Source of the DNA: an uncultured delta proteobacterium
Lineage (GTDB): Bacteria; Myxococcota_A; Polyangia; Fen-1088
Length of the DNA: 64,000 bases
Assembly (NCBI GenBank): GCA_963723955.1
Contig: CAVRSU010000011.1
Span: 25,509-89,508 of the forward strand
Direction of reading: 5' to 3'
Position 1 is the stretch's first letter, and every line of letters begins with the position of its first letter. Below, piece by piece: positions 43,008-52,159 of the stretch. Position numbers and translations under genes: made by a program. The notes under the pieces were generated by a model. The model had not been told where the DNA came from, ran no database searches, and was given only the letters and a program-made list of their open reading frames with translations.

Positions 43008-44339
43008 ATGATCATGAAAACGACAGCCGGTACCGCCAAGACGAAGTCAGATGCGGGAGGAAACCTCCATGTTGCCGGACTGTGTTGCGTGGCGATCCTG
43101 GTTACAGCGTGCTCGGTCGACATCGACAAGTTGCGGGTGCCGGCATCCGCCGCTCCCGACACGGCCATCGATTCTTTGGTCGAGGCCCGCGCCGCGGATG
43201 CTGGTGGCGCCAGTGCGGACAGCAGCACCGGCCCCAGCGGTGTGGACAGCGCGGTGGCGCCTCTTGACCTGCCCGGGGCCGAGGCGATTGCAGAGCGTGA
43301 TGGCGCCACCGATCTTCCCAGCCAGGATGCGGCGGGCGACGCCGCTGCTCTCGGCATTTTCTCGGACTCTTCCGATCTGCCCCTGGTGACGGAGGACAGC
43401 GGCGACTCTTCGAGCGGAAACGAGGTCAGCGCCGGCGATGTAGGCGCCGGGGGTGGCGCTGGCGGCAGCGGCCAAGCGGGCGGCGGCGGCGGCGGCGGCG
43501 AAGGAGGTAATGGCGGGAACGGAGGCAGTTGCGGAACTGCCATCGACAGTGGCGAAGGCTCGGGGGACACTGGGGGCGCAGGTACCGGCGGAGTGACATG
43601 CAGCGGTGGCGCCATTGGCGCTGGCGGCACTGGCGGAGGGGGTGCTGGTAGCGGCGGCGCGACCAGCGGGCTTGCTGCGGGCCTTGTCGCCTACTACCCG
43701 TGCGACCAAACCGCCGGCCCGATGCTCTGGGATCTGTCGAGCAACGGTCGCAACGCCGGCTTGGTGACTGTCACAGGCGTCAGCGGTGGGTATAGCTTCC
43801 AGCCCGGCAAGCTGAACAACGCCCTCTACCTCGTCCAGGCCAACCAAGGCTATGCAAGCATCCCCCAGGGCGTGCTGAGCGGTGCGACCGAGATGACCAT
43901 CGCGACCTGGGTGTATCTCAACGCTGGCGCAGACTACCAGCGCGTGTGGGACTTCGGCAATGACACGAACGTCTACATGTTTCTGAGCCCCAGGAACGGC
44001 TACAGTCAAAAACTCTACTTCGGCATCACGGTGAGCGGCAATGGCAACGAGCAGATGCTGAACGGCACCGCCGAATTGCCCGTCGGGGTATGGAAGCACG
44101 TAGCTGTCGTCCTGGGCAGCGGGGGTGGATTCCTCTACGTCGACGGGCAACTGGTCGATAGCAACCCCGGGATTTCCCTTGGCCCTGCCAATCTGGGCAC
44201 CACACTAAACAACTACATCGGAAGGTCGCAGTTTCCCCCGGACCCTTATCTCGACGGGAACATCGACGATTTTCGCATGTACAACCGCGCCTTGTCTGCG
44301 GCGGAAATCCAGGCGCTCTACACCTATGCCGGCCCCTGA
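43008..44339 (+). CDS. LamG/concanavalin-like domain lipoprotein
   Basis: Lipobox VTAC, acidic/Gly linker, GLVAYY, TIATWV, WKHVAV, LYVDG, IDDFRMYNRALS. Confidence 0.85.
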   Translation: MIMKTTAGTAKTKSDAGGNLHVAGLCCVAILVTACSVDIDKLRVPASAAPDTAIDSLVEARAADAGGASADSSTGPSGVDSAVAPLDLPGAEAIAERDGATDLPSQDAAGDAAALGIFSDSSDLPLVTEDSGDSSSGNEVSAGDVGAGGGAGGSGQAGGGGGGGEGGNGGNGGSCGTAIDSGEGSGDTGGAGTGGVTCSGGAIGAGGTGGGGAGSGGATSGLAAGLVAYYPCDQTAGPMLWDLSSNGRNAGLVTVTGVSGGYSFQPGKLNNALYLVQANQGYASIPQGVLSGATEMTIATWVYLNAGADYQRVWDFGNDTNVYMFLSPRNGYSQKLYFGITVSGNGNEQMLNGTAELPVGVWKHVAVVLGSGGGFLYVDGQLVDSNPGISLGPANLGTTLNNYIGRSQFPPDPYLDGNIDDFRMYNRALSAAEIQALYTYAGP

Positions 44340-44397
44340 TTTACTACTGTTCGATTCCTTCGCTGTGCGCAAGGATTCTCAAGCATCCGTGTCATGG

Positions 44398-44517
44398 GGC
44401 TGCAGGCTCCAGGCTTCAGGCTTCAGGCTGAAGTGCTGGCTCATGCGTCGAGGTCCAGGAAACCGATCGCTGCTCTCGACGGAGCAAGCTGCAGCCTGGA
44501 GCCTGCAGCCTGGAGCC
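44398..44517. repeat. Inverted heptamer arrays between convergent genes
   Basis: GGCTGCA-GGCTCCA-GGCTTCA-GGCTTCA-GGCTGAA (44398-44432) faces TGCAGCC-TGGAGCC x2 (44490-44517). Confidence 0.8.
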
Positions 44518-44567
44518 ATCTTGGGTCGTGGATGAAGCCCGCGCTATGTGGAATCCCCTTTGCCGTG

Positions 44568-45797
44568 TCAGGCACGGTTGGACTCGCTGGGATCTTCCTT
44601 GGGTAGAAACTGCAACACCACCAAGGCCGGCGCTGCCATGGCCATGGTGGTGGCGAAAAAGACGGGCCAGCCCGCGGCCGAGATCAGGTAGCCAGCGCCC
44701 ACGCTGAGGGTGCGGCCCACGACCGTGGAGGCACTCGATAGCAAGGCGAACTGGGTGGCCGAAAACGACTTGTTACACAGGGACATGAGGAAGGCCATGA
44801 AGGCGGTCTCGGCCATACCGCTCGACAGGTTGTGGATGCCGATGGCTCCGGCCAGCAGGGCGTGATTCTTGCCAAGGATAGCCAGGGCGAGGTAGCCGCT
44901 GTTGGTGACCGAGGCGAGAACGCCGAAGAGCAGGAGCGCCTTGCGCACGCCAAGCTTGGCCACCATGCCGCCGCCGAGCAAGACCCCGACCGTCATGGCG
45001 GTGAAGCCCACGAGCTTGTACCAGGCTGCGATCTCGGTGCCCGAGAATCCCGTCTTGATGAGAAACGGCTGGATCATGCCGGACGCGACGAAGTCGCCGA
45101 GCTTGTAAAGCATGATGAACGCGATGCCAACGCCGGCGCCCCTGCGCGCGAAAAAATCAAGAAACGGTTTGGTGAAGGCGTCGGCCAAGGTGCGCGGCGG
45201 CCGAACCGCCTCGGGCTCGGGCGCATACCAGGTAATGACGATCATGGGCAGCATGAGCAGGGCCATGATTTTGAACACCGTGGGCCAAGCCAAGTAGTCC
45301 GACAGGGCTAGCGCAGCGGCGCCGGAAACGAGCATGGCGATGCGGTAGCCGAGAACGAAGGTCGAAGTGCCCGAGGCGCGCTCTTCGGGGGGCAGGACGT
45401 CGGTGCGGTAGGCGTCGCTCACGATGTCCTGGCTGGCGGAAAAGAACGCGACCACCAGTGCCGCCGCGGCCATGGCCACGGGTGCCGCGCGCGGATCCAC
45501 GGTGCTGGTGGCCCAGATGCCCAGCGCGATCCCGAGCTGGGTGAGCGCGATCCAACCGCGCCGCCGCCCGAGAAAGGGTAGGCTGAAACGGTCGAGCAAC
45601 GGCGCCCACAGAACCTTGAATGAGTAGGCCAACCCCACCGCCGAGAACAAGCCTATCGTCTTCAGGTTGACGCCGGCCTTGGTCATCCAGGTGCCCAGCG
45701 TCGAACCGGACATGGCAAGCGGCAGACCGGACGCGAAGCCCATGCCGATCATGATGAAGACCCGCTTGCTGCGGAATGCGCCGAGGAACGCCCCCAT
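44568..45797 (-). CDS. ampG: AmpG muropeptide MFS permease
   Basis: GFASGLP, KVLWAPLLD, GRRRGW, SASQDIVSDAYR, YKLGD, SATQFALLSS. Confidence 0.92.
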   Translation of the reverse strand: MGAFLGAFRSKRVFIMIGMGFASGLPLAMSGSTLGTWMTKAGVNLKTIGLFSAVGLAYSFKVLWAPLLDRFSLPFLGRRRGWIALTQLGIALGIWATSTVDPRAAPVAMAAAALVVAFFSASQDIVSDAYRTDVLPPEERASGTSTFVLGYRIAMLVSGAAALALSDYLAWPTVFKIMALLMLPMIVITWYAPEPEAVRPPRTLADAFTKPFLDFFARRGAGVGIAFIMLYKLGDFVASGMIQPFLIKTGFSGTEIAAWYKLVGFTAMTVGVLLGGGMVAKLGVRKALLLFGVLASVTNSGYLALAILGKNHALLAGAIGIHNLSSGMAETAFMAFLMSLCNKSFSATQFALLSSASTVVGRTLSVGAGYLISAAGWPVFFATTMAMAAPALVVLQFLPKEDPSESNRA

Positions 45798-45940
45798 GCC
45801 CTCACATTCACCTGCTTGTGCAAAAGGCGCCAGTTTTCGCGTGGACAGTTTTGTGGGCGCGAGCGAGGCGGAATGGCGCCAAGAGCGCGTCGCGCTTTCC
45901 GAAAAGAACGGATTCGCGGGCTGTTTTGCCGGCGATGCAA

Positions 45941-45956
45941 TGGCATGCCGAGTGCA
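45941..45956 (+). promoter_or_regulatory. Putative sigma-54 (-24/-12) promoter
   Basis: TGGCATGCCGAGTGCA has GG-N10-GC spacing, 46 bp upstream of the ATG at 46003. Confidence 0.5.
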
Positions 45957-46002
45957 ATTGCCTCATTCCGAGACCCGCAACACACCCAAAGGAGAAGCCA
46001 CC

Positions 46003-46275
46003 ATGTTGAAGAACATCCTCGTCATCCTCGGAATCGCCGCCATCACCAGCAGCTCTGCTTTCGCGGCCAGCGAGGCGCCGAAAACCCCCAAGACTCCGCC
46101 CGCCGCGCACAAGGTCGCGCAGGCCAGCGAAACCAAGCCGGCTGCGGCCAAGGCCGACAAGAAGATGAAGAAAGAAGCCAAGACGACTACGCCTGCTGCC
46201 GCCACCGAGAAGGCTCCCGCGGCCGCGAAGGCCCCTGCCGCCACCGAGAAGGTTCCCGCGCCCGCGAAGAAGTAA
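46003..46275 (+). CDS. Small secreted Ala/Lys/Pro-rich low-complexity protein
   Basis: AAAGGAG RBS, signal peptide ending AFA, AATEKAPA repeats. Confidence 0.75.
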   Translation: MLKNILVILGIAAITSSSAFAASEAPKTPKTPPAAHKVAQASETKPAAAKADKKMKKEAKTTTPAAATEKAPAAAKAPAATEKVPAPAKK

Positions 46276-46322
46276 TCAGCCCGCCGCCAATCAGGCGACC
46301 CAGCAGCAGCGTTGAAACCGCA

Positions 46323-46348
46323 CGGAGGCCAGGAACGCCTGGCTTCCG
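46323..46348 (+). terminator. Hairpin downstream of the small secreted protein gene
   Basis: CGGAGGCCAGG-AACG-CCTGGCTTCCG; weak U tract. Confidence 0.4.
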
Positions 46349-46492
46349 ATGCTTTGCTACCCGCGAATTCAGCCGGCGATTGACGCGAATGTCGACCAAC
46401 CCACCCCTTTTTCCGGTTGCAAGCAAACGGCCGGAGCGGCAGGGTCAAGCGCTCAAACCTTGAGCCTCCTTGACGGTGGCGAGGTCCCCCGC

Positions 46493-47878
46493 ATGGCCGA
46501 CACACATACCCGACTTGCCCTGGACGATTTGCCCCCTGAGGTGCAGGCCATCCTCGCCAGCGAAATCCATCGCGGACAGCGCAATACCTTCGTCATCCGC
46601 ATCCTCTTCGCGGTCTTGGGAATCTCCAGCGCCTTGCAGGTTGCGAGCTCGAACTCGCCACAGACCACCCGAATCACAGTGGCAATGGGCGTGTTCTACC
46701 TGATCTTTTCGGTGATTGGATTCTACCTGGTTCGGAAACATATCGGCTTGGTGTGGTTGCGATACCTTGGGATCACGGTGGACACCACCAGTGTCACGGT
46801 GACCGCGCTCGCGAGCCTATTCAATCCGTCAGGCGCCTATGAAGTCCTGATTAGCTCCATTCCCCTCGTGCTGTACATGATGTTCAACATGCTTACTGCC
46901 TTGCAGTACAGCGTGAGGCTTTCCCTGTTCGCGGCGTTGATGGCTGGACTGCACCGGGCAGGCGTCCTCGTCTTCTGCGCGAAGAACCATCTGGTGGTTC
47001 TGTCGCCAACCTCCATCTACAGCCAACAGGCGCTAGGGCTGGACGACCAGGTGACCAACATCGTCTTCATCATGGTTGCCGGCGTTATCGCCGCGTGGGT
47101 ATCGCATACGTCCCGCCGACTGCTCTTGCAATCGGCCGAGGCCACCGTCCGAAAGCGTCGCCTAGAGAAGAACCAGGACGTGTATCGCCGGTACCTTTCC
47201 CCGCACGTGCGCGACCAGGCCATGAGAAATCCCGAGGTCCTGCACCTTGGGGGGCTGCGGCGGGTGGCGGTTGTTCTCGCTACCGAAATTCGAGACTTCG
47301 CGAAACTGGCCGATCGGCTTTCCCCCGAGGAAGTCGTGGAGATCCTGAACCACCACTATTCCATCCTGGTGGAGATCGTTTTCCGCCACGGTGGCACCTT
47401 GGACAAGTTCACGGAGGGAGGCCTCAGCGCCATTTTCGGTGTTCCCCACGACATGCCCGACGCGGCAGGCGCGGCGGTTCGTGCTGCCCTGGAAATGCAG
47501 GAGTCCGTGACCGAAGCCAGGGGCCGTGGCGACGAAAGGAAGCGCCAGCTGCGTATGGGGATCGGGATAGCACAGGGATTGGTCGTGGCCGGGAACATTG
47601 GCTCCAGCGAGCGTATGGAATACACGGTGGTGGGCAAGGCTGCGAACCTCTCCATCCGACTGCGGGCCTTGGCGCACAACCTCGATGCCGACATCCTCAT
47701 CAACGCTGCGGCCTACGACGCCGTCCGGGGCGTTTACCGGGCAGAGCGATTGCCGGCCGAGTTGGTCAACGCCATGCACCTGGATTCGGCGGTCTACCGC
47801 GTGGACCACAAAGACGCTCTCCTTGGGGACATGGATCCCAGCTCTTCGTCCTCGGGGTCGGGAACAAGCGTGCCGTGA
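46493..47878 (+). CDS. Membrane class III nucleotide cyclase-like protein with degenerate metal-binding sites
   Basis: About 6 TM segments, then ATEIRDF, DKFTEGG, MGIGIAQG, GNIGSSERMEYTVVG, NLSIRL. Confidence 0.85.
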   Translation: MADTHTRLALDDLPPEVQAILASEIHRGQRNTFVIRILFAVLGISSALQVASSNSPQTTRITVAMGVFYLIFSVIGFYLVRKHIGLVWLRYLGITVDTTSVTVTALASLFNPSGAYEVLISSIPLVLYMMFNMLTALQYSVRLSLFAALMAGLHRAGVLVFCAKNHLVVLSPTSIYSQQALGLDDQVTNIVFIMVAGVIAAWVSHTSRRLLLQSAEATVRKRRLEKNQDVYRRYLSPHVRDQAMRNPEVLHLGGLRRVAVVLATEIRDFAKLADRLSPEEVVEILNHHYSILVEIVFRHGGTLDKFTEGGLSAIFGVPHDMPDAAGAAVRAALEMQESVTEARGRGDERKRQLRMGIGIAQGLVVAGNIGSSERMEYTVVGKAANLSIRLRALAHNLDADILINAAAYDAVRGVYRAERLPAELVNAMHLDSAVYRVDHKDALLGDMDPSSSSSGSGTSVP

Positions 47879-48855
47879 ATTGCTACCAAGCCAACCGTCG
47901 CCGCCTGGATGGGATCATGGACAGGATCGTCCGCCGCATGCGCGCGTACCCACCGGCCCTGCGCCAGTTGGGCCAGGAATGGCTTGCGACCCTGGGTTCC
48001 GATCCCCGTGGTTATCACTCGGCGCCGGACGCTCCGCCGCTGTTGCACTTGCCGATCTGGATGGTGGAAGGGCGCCGGGGCAATGGCGCAAAGTTCGGCG
48101 AACCGCCGTTGAACGCCATCCTGGAGGCCACGGCACTGCTCTATTTCCACACGCGCATCCAAGACAACGTGGTGGACGAACCGCAGACACGCGGTCGGCC
48201 GCCCCAGCTGCTCTTGGGCAACATGTTCTTTCTGGAGGCATGGGAGCGTCTGCGATCCTTGCCTCTCTCGGATCGCTTCTGGTCTCGGACGAACGAGGCC
48301 TGGCGGATCTTTTGCAACGAAACGGAAGCGGAGCGTCGGCAACTGCAGCGCCAAACACCCTATTCGTCCGCGCTGTTCCGTCGCCACGCTCGCAAAGTGG
48401 CCCTGGCACGCATTCCCTTGTACGCGGTTGTAGATGGCGACAAGAGCGGCGACAAAACTGCTATCGACACCTTCATCGACCGCCTCGGCCAAGCCTATGG
48501 ATTGGTGAATGATGTGCTCGGCGTGGAACGGGATCTGTCGGCGGGCATGCGCACCTACTTGATCGCCGCCGTGGAAGAAGCCCTGCCCAAGCGGCGTCGC
48601 ACCGATCCCGTGGCCGTGCGCAGGGAACTATTGAGGAACCCACATTTGGAGCGTTTCTTGGAACAAGTCATCGCTCTTCACCGACGGATACGACTCCTCG
48701 GTGAGGCCTTGGGGATCGCTCGCATGGGGCCCTACACGGACGAACGCATCGAGCGGATCCGTTTCCACCACGCCCGCGCCCTCGACCTGCGCCTGCGCTG
48801 GGCACTGTCTGGAAAGGAATGGCCCCGTGGCGGCGCGGCTGCTAAACATCGTTAG
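47875..48855 (+). CDS. Class I isoprenoid synthase-fold protein
   Basis: RIQDNVVDE (DDxxD-like), ARK, LVNDVLGVERD (second Asp-rich/NSE-like motif); GTGA overlap with the cyclase gene. Confidence 0.7.
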   Translation: MNCYQANRRRLDGIMDRIVRRMRAYPPALRQLGQEWLATLGSDPRGYHSAPDAPPLLHLPIWMVEGRRGNGAKFGEPPLNAILEATALLYFHTRIQDNVVDEPQTRGRPPQLLLGNMFFLEAWERLRSLPLSDRFWSRTNEAWRIFCNETEAERRQLQRQTPYSSALFRRHARKVALARIPLYAVVDGDKSGDKTAIDTFIDRLGQAYGLVNDVLGVERDLSAGMRTYLIAAVEEALPKRRRTDPVAVRRELLRNPHLERFLEQVIALHRRIRLLGEALGIARMGPYTDERIERIRFHHARALDLRLRWALSGKEWPRGGAAAKHR

Positions 48856-48896
48856 CCGTCCCTGAAACCATGAACTGACGGCAAGGAGTGAGGACG

Positions 48897-49145
48897 ATGG
48901 CGAAAAAAGGAATGAACGTTCCGCAAGCGGACAGCAAGAAAGTGCAAGAGATCATTGGTCGCGCGCTAACCGACAAGAAGTTCCTGACGGCCTTGAAGAA
49001 GGATGCCCGGAAGACACTGGTGGGTTACGAGCTGGAAACGGCCACCTTGGTGCAGATCGAGAAAGGCCTGAAGCTCCAGGCGCAACTTGAGGGGCTGGAG
49101 GATCAACTCGCGGAGGACTTCGGCATACACGTCGAGATGGGCTGA
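48897..49145 (+). CDS. Small protein with NHLP-clan (Os1348/Franean1_4349-like) leader
   Basis: VQEIIGRALTDKKFLTALKKDARKTLVGYEL fits the IIGRAxxDxxFxxxLxxDxxxxLxGYxL pattern; strong RBS. Confidence 0.65.
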   Translation: MAKKGMNVPQADSKKVQEIIGRALTDKKFLTALKKDARKTLVGYELETATLVQIEKGLKLQAQLEGLEDQLAEDFGIHVEMG

Positions 49146-49164
49146 CAAACGGTACGCCTTTACC

Positions 49165-49195
49165 AGAGGGGCGGGGCCACAGGTTCCGCCCCTCT
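49165..49195 (+). terminator. Strong intra-operon stem-loop
   Basis: AGAGGGGCGGGGCC-ACA-GGTTCCGCCCCTCT (14-bp stem including G-U pairs). Confidence 0.65.
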
Positions 49196-49286
49196 CCAAT
49201 TTCGGCGCGGGGAAACCGACCTATCGATATTCCCAACGGCCGCTGGCGGCGGCTGATGGGATTAGCGCTGAGTAGGCCCGACCGGC

Positions 49287-50270
49287 GTGGTACGCTGCTG
49301 CTGCTTGCAGAGACAGGTCACGAGCTCGGTTCGGCTTTCGTCGTCCATCCTGTGGGACGCAGTGGATCGCGCGCTTGCCTACTTGCTGACCTGCCAACTT
49401 CCGTCGGGCGCCATCAACGATGTCATTGCCAATCCTCTCGCCGCCCTGGCGCGGGCGCGCCCGTCGCGACGGGTTGCCTTTCGCTTGAGGGGCGGCGCCG
49501 ACATTTGGCACACGACCCAGGCAATTTTGGCCTTTACTGCTGCCGGAAAACCCAATTCAGCAGCCCAGCGCTTCGTGCGCACCCGTATCTCCCGACGAGG
49601 AGAATTGTCCTACTGGAGTGGGCACCCGAGCCTGTGCATCGAAACCTGCTCGGCGGCCTGGCATGCCCTGCCGAGCCTGCGCGTCCGCCTAGCCGCGACG
49701 TTGGTCCGGCATGCCTTGCCCGGTGGGCGGTGGCCCAACTTCATCTTGCCTGGCCGAGGCGGCTACGATTCGTACCTTGCCGGCCCTTCGGTCACCGCGT
49801 GGGCCATCGGCACACTGGGTGCCAGCCATCCGCTGGCCGCCCCAGGCCGGGCGTACTTGCGAGAAACGCTTGCCTCCGACGGGCTGTGGCGCGCGCACCC
49901 GGCCTTCTATGCAACACCCTACTATCCAGCGCACTTGGCCGTGGCTCACGTCGGTGAAAAGCGGAACGCGGTGGTGCGCGCGACCCTGCGCCAGCAAAGT
50001 CCCGCAGGCGGGTGGGGCTTCGCGGGCTTTGCGGACCGTCCTAGTCCTCTTCCAACCGCGTTCGCCATTCGCACCCTGGTCGCCGCAGGTGCACGGATAC
50101 CTCAATGCGAGGGGGCGCTCGCGCGGGGCGTCGGATGGCTGCTGACTGCACAGTCGGCAAACGGGGCGTTTCGGCTTGCGCCGGCCCCCGCAGCGCTTTT
50201 CTACGCCGGTGACGTCTACGCGACGTGTGTTGCCATTTCGGCCCTGATTTCCGTCGAGAAGGCGCTTTGA
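49287..50270 (+). CDS. Prenyltransferase/squalene-oxidase-repeat (alpha/alpha barrel) protein; start uncertain
   Basis: QW-like repeats RALAYLLTCQLPSG, LRQQSPAGGWG, GVGWLLTAQSANGAF; no DXDD motif seen. Confidence 0.72.
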   Translation: MVRCCCLQRQVTSSVRLSSSILWDAVDRALAYLLTCQLPSGAINDVIANPLAALARARPSRRVAFRLRGGADIWHTTQAILAFTAAGKPNSAAQRFVRTRISRRGELSYWSGHPSLCIETCSAAWHALPSLRVRLAATLVRHALPGGRWPNFILPGRGGYDSYLAGPSVTAWAIGTLGASHPLAAPGRAYLRETLASDGLWRAHPAFYATPYYPAHLAVAHVGEKRNAVVRATLRQQSPAGGWGFAGFADRPSPLPTAFAIRTLVAAGARIPQCEGALARGVGWLLTAQSANGAFRLAPAPAALFYAGDVYATCVAISALISVEKAL

Positions 50271-50274
50271 AGTA

Positions 50275-51975
50275 TTAGTCGCTGTTCCCGGTCAGGGCGG
50301 TGAATTCGACGGCGGCGTCCTCCGCGTCGGCGGAACCTCGCTTCACGGCAACCCGGTAGGGGCGTCCAGTCGATCGGGCCGCGTGCTCGATCACTCCGGC
50401 AAGCCAATCGTGCAGCGACGGAGGGGTGCGGGCAAAGCCGGTGACCTCGATGCGCAGCGATTCTGGGGCGCCTTCCAGACTCCACCTTCCAAAGTCGAAC
50501 AGGCCCGAAAGGATGGGTAGCACCGCACGAAGTGCAGCGTAACCATTGGCCTGGTTGCGCGCCGAACGCAGCAGGGTGAGCAGATCCGTCTCAACCCCGG
50601 CGTAGCCAAGCGCGCACCAGCGTTCAGCGTCGTCGTGGACCGCGACTTGGTTGCTAATTTGGAGGTAAGCCGCAATCTGCGGAAGGCTGTACCACGCTTC
50701 GGCCGACGGAGCGCCCGTACGGAAGATGTCACGGGTTTCGCGGGGCAAGGCACCCACGATTTCCTCGCGCACGTCGCCACCGTAGCGCGTGGCGATCGCG
50801 CGATCCATCGCCAAGAGCACTGCACCCTGCACGCTTCCGGCGGCGGCTTGGTTTGGGCGGCGTCTTCCGACGATGGGCAGATCCGAAAAGGTCTGCGAGA
50901 GCTTGCGCTTCGCTGGCTCGGCACGAGTCGGCGAGCCTTGTGCAGTGACTTTGGGCTCGGCAAAGAGCTGCTTGGAAGTGTCGCCGCGTGTGGTGGGCAG
51001 GCCGGTCTTGCTGCCCGCGCGCGGTGTCGGCGGGCTCGGCGGATTCCAGCTCTCAGATCCGCTCGGCGAATGCACGTCGAGGTCGCGCAAGGCAGCCTCG
51101 CGCGCGGAAGCCTCGGGCGCAATCTTCTCCAGGTGGTACGCGAATTCGGCGGCCGAAGAGAAGCGTTCATCGCGCTTTTTGCAAAGCGCTTTCGCCAAAA
51201 TTTGTGCCACAGCCGGATCGTCTAGGCCACCGGACTCGGCAAGCGACGGCACGGGTTCGTGGACGATTCGATAGGTGGTTGTGACGAATGTCGGGCCATG
51301 AAAAGGCCGCCTTCCAGTGAGCAGCTCGAACATCAGCGAGCCCGCGGCAAAGAGGTCGCTGCGCCCGTCGACTTCGCCATCGGCTGTGATCTGTTCCGGC
51401 GATAGGTAGTCGGGAGTTCCCAAAATCATCCCCGATTCAGTCCTGATCGACGATTCGCCGTCTTCGTGGATCTTGGCCACACCGAAGTCGAGCAGCTTGA
51501 CTCTCGGCGGGGCTCCTGCGCAAGCCTGCAGAAAGACGTTGGCCGGCTTGAGGTCACGGTGAACGATATCGGCCTTGTGGGCCGCCGCCAGCGCATCGAG
51601 AACCTTCAATAGGATCGCGGCCACGCACGCGAATGGCAGTTTCGGGATGCGGTCGAGTACCTGGGCCAGCGATTCGCCACTGAGGTATTCCATCGCGATG
51701 TATGGGATCGCATCCGCGTAGCCAGCGTCGAAAACCGAGACGATGTTCGGGTGGCCGACACGATTGATGGCCCGTCCCTCGCGGAAGAACCTTTGCACCA
51801 TTTCGGAGTCGCGTCCGGTTTCCTCGATAAGAAGCTTCAACGCGAGCACATTGCCGGCCAAGATGTTACGAGCGCGAAACACTTCCCCCGACGCGCCACG
51901 GCCCAGCAAGTGTAGAAGCAGATACTTCTGCGCAATGAGATCCCCAGCGGTGAAACTGCGAGTCACAAAAGGCAT
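50275..51975 (-). CDS. Ser/Thr protein kinase with a C-terminal myxobacterial (DUF2378-like) domain
   Basis: LGRGASGEV, ALK, HRDLKPAN, DFG, GTPDYLSPE; C-terminal SVQGAVL..AWYSL.. Confidence 0.9.
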   Translation of the reverse strand: MPFVTRSFTAGDLIAQKYLLLHLLGRGASGEVFRARNILAGNVLALKLLIEETGRDSEMVQRFFREGRAINRVGHPNIVSVFDAGYADAIPYIAMEYLSGESLAQVLDRIPKLPFACVAAILLKVLDALAAAHKADIVHRDLKPANVFLQACAGAPPRVKLLDFGVAKIHEDGESSIRTESGMILGTPDYLSPEQITADGEVDGRSDLFAAGSLMFELLTGRRPFHGPTFVTTTYRIVHEPVPSLAESGGLDDPAVAQILAKALCKKRDERFSSAAEFAYHLEKIAPEASAREAALRDLDVHSPSGSESWNPPSPPTPRAGSKTGLPTTRGDTSKQLFAEPKVTAQGSPTRAEPAKRKLSQTFSDLPIVGRRRPNQAAAGSVQGAVLLAMDRAIATRYGGDVREEIVGALPRETRDIFRTGAPSAEAWYSLPQIAAYLQISNQVAVHDDAERWCALGYAGVETDLLTLLRSARNQANGYAALRAVLPILSGLFDFGRWSLEGAPESLRIEVTGFARTPPSLHDWLAGVIEHAARSTGRPYRVAVKRGSADAEDAAVEFTALTGNSD

Positions 51976-52159
51976 AGGCTAGGCAAGCACTCCACAACAG
52001 TGAAGTCGTTGGGATCCTCGTCGGAACGATGATTTCGTGTCATGCACGTTGCGTACTCGATAGCATACCCGCAGCTTGGCTGACCGGGTAGGACAACCGC
52101 TACCGGAGCCCTGGCTACTTCCGCCATCCGGGAGTGAGCCCAAACTGATTCTTTGCTCG

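Noticed and set aside
47095-47874. N-terminal 260 aa of the 586-aa ORF 47095..48855
   Set aside because: It overlaps the cyclase gene in another frame; the GTGA-coupled start at 47875 is more plausible.
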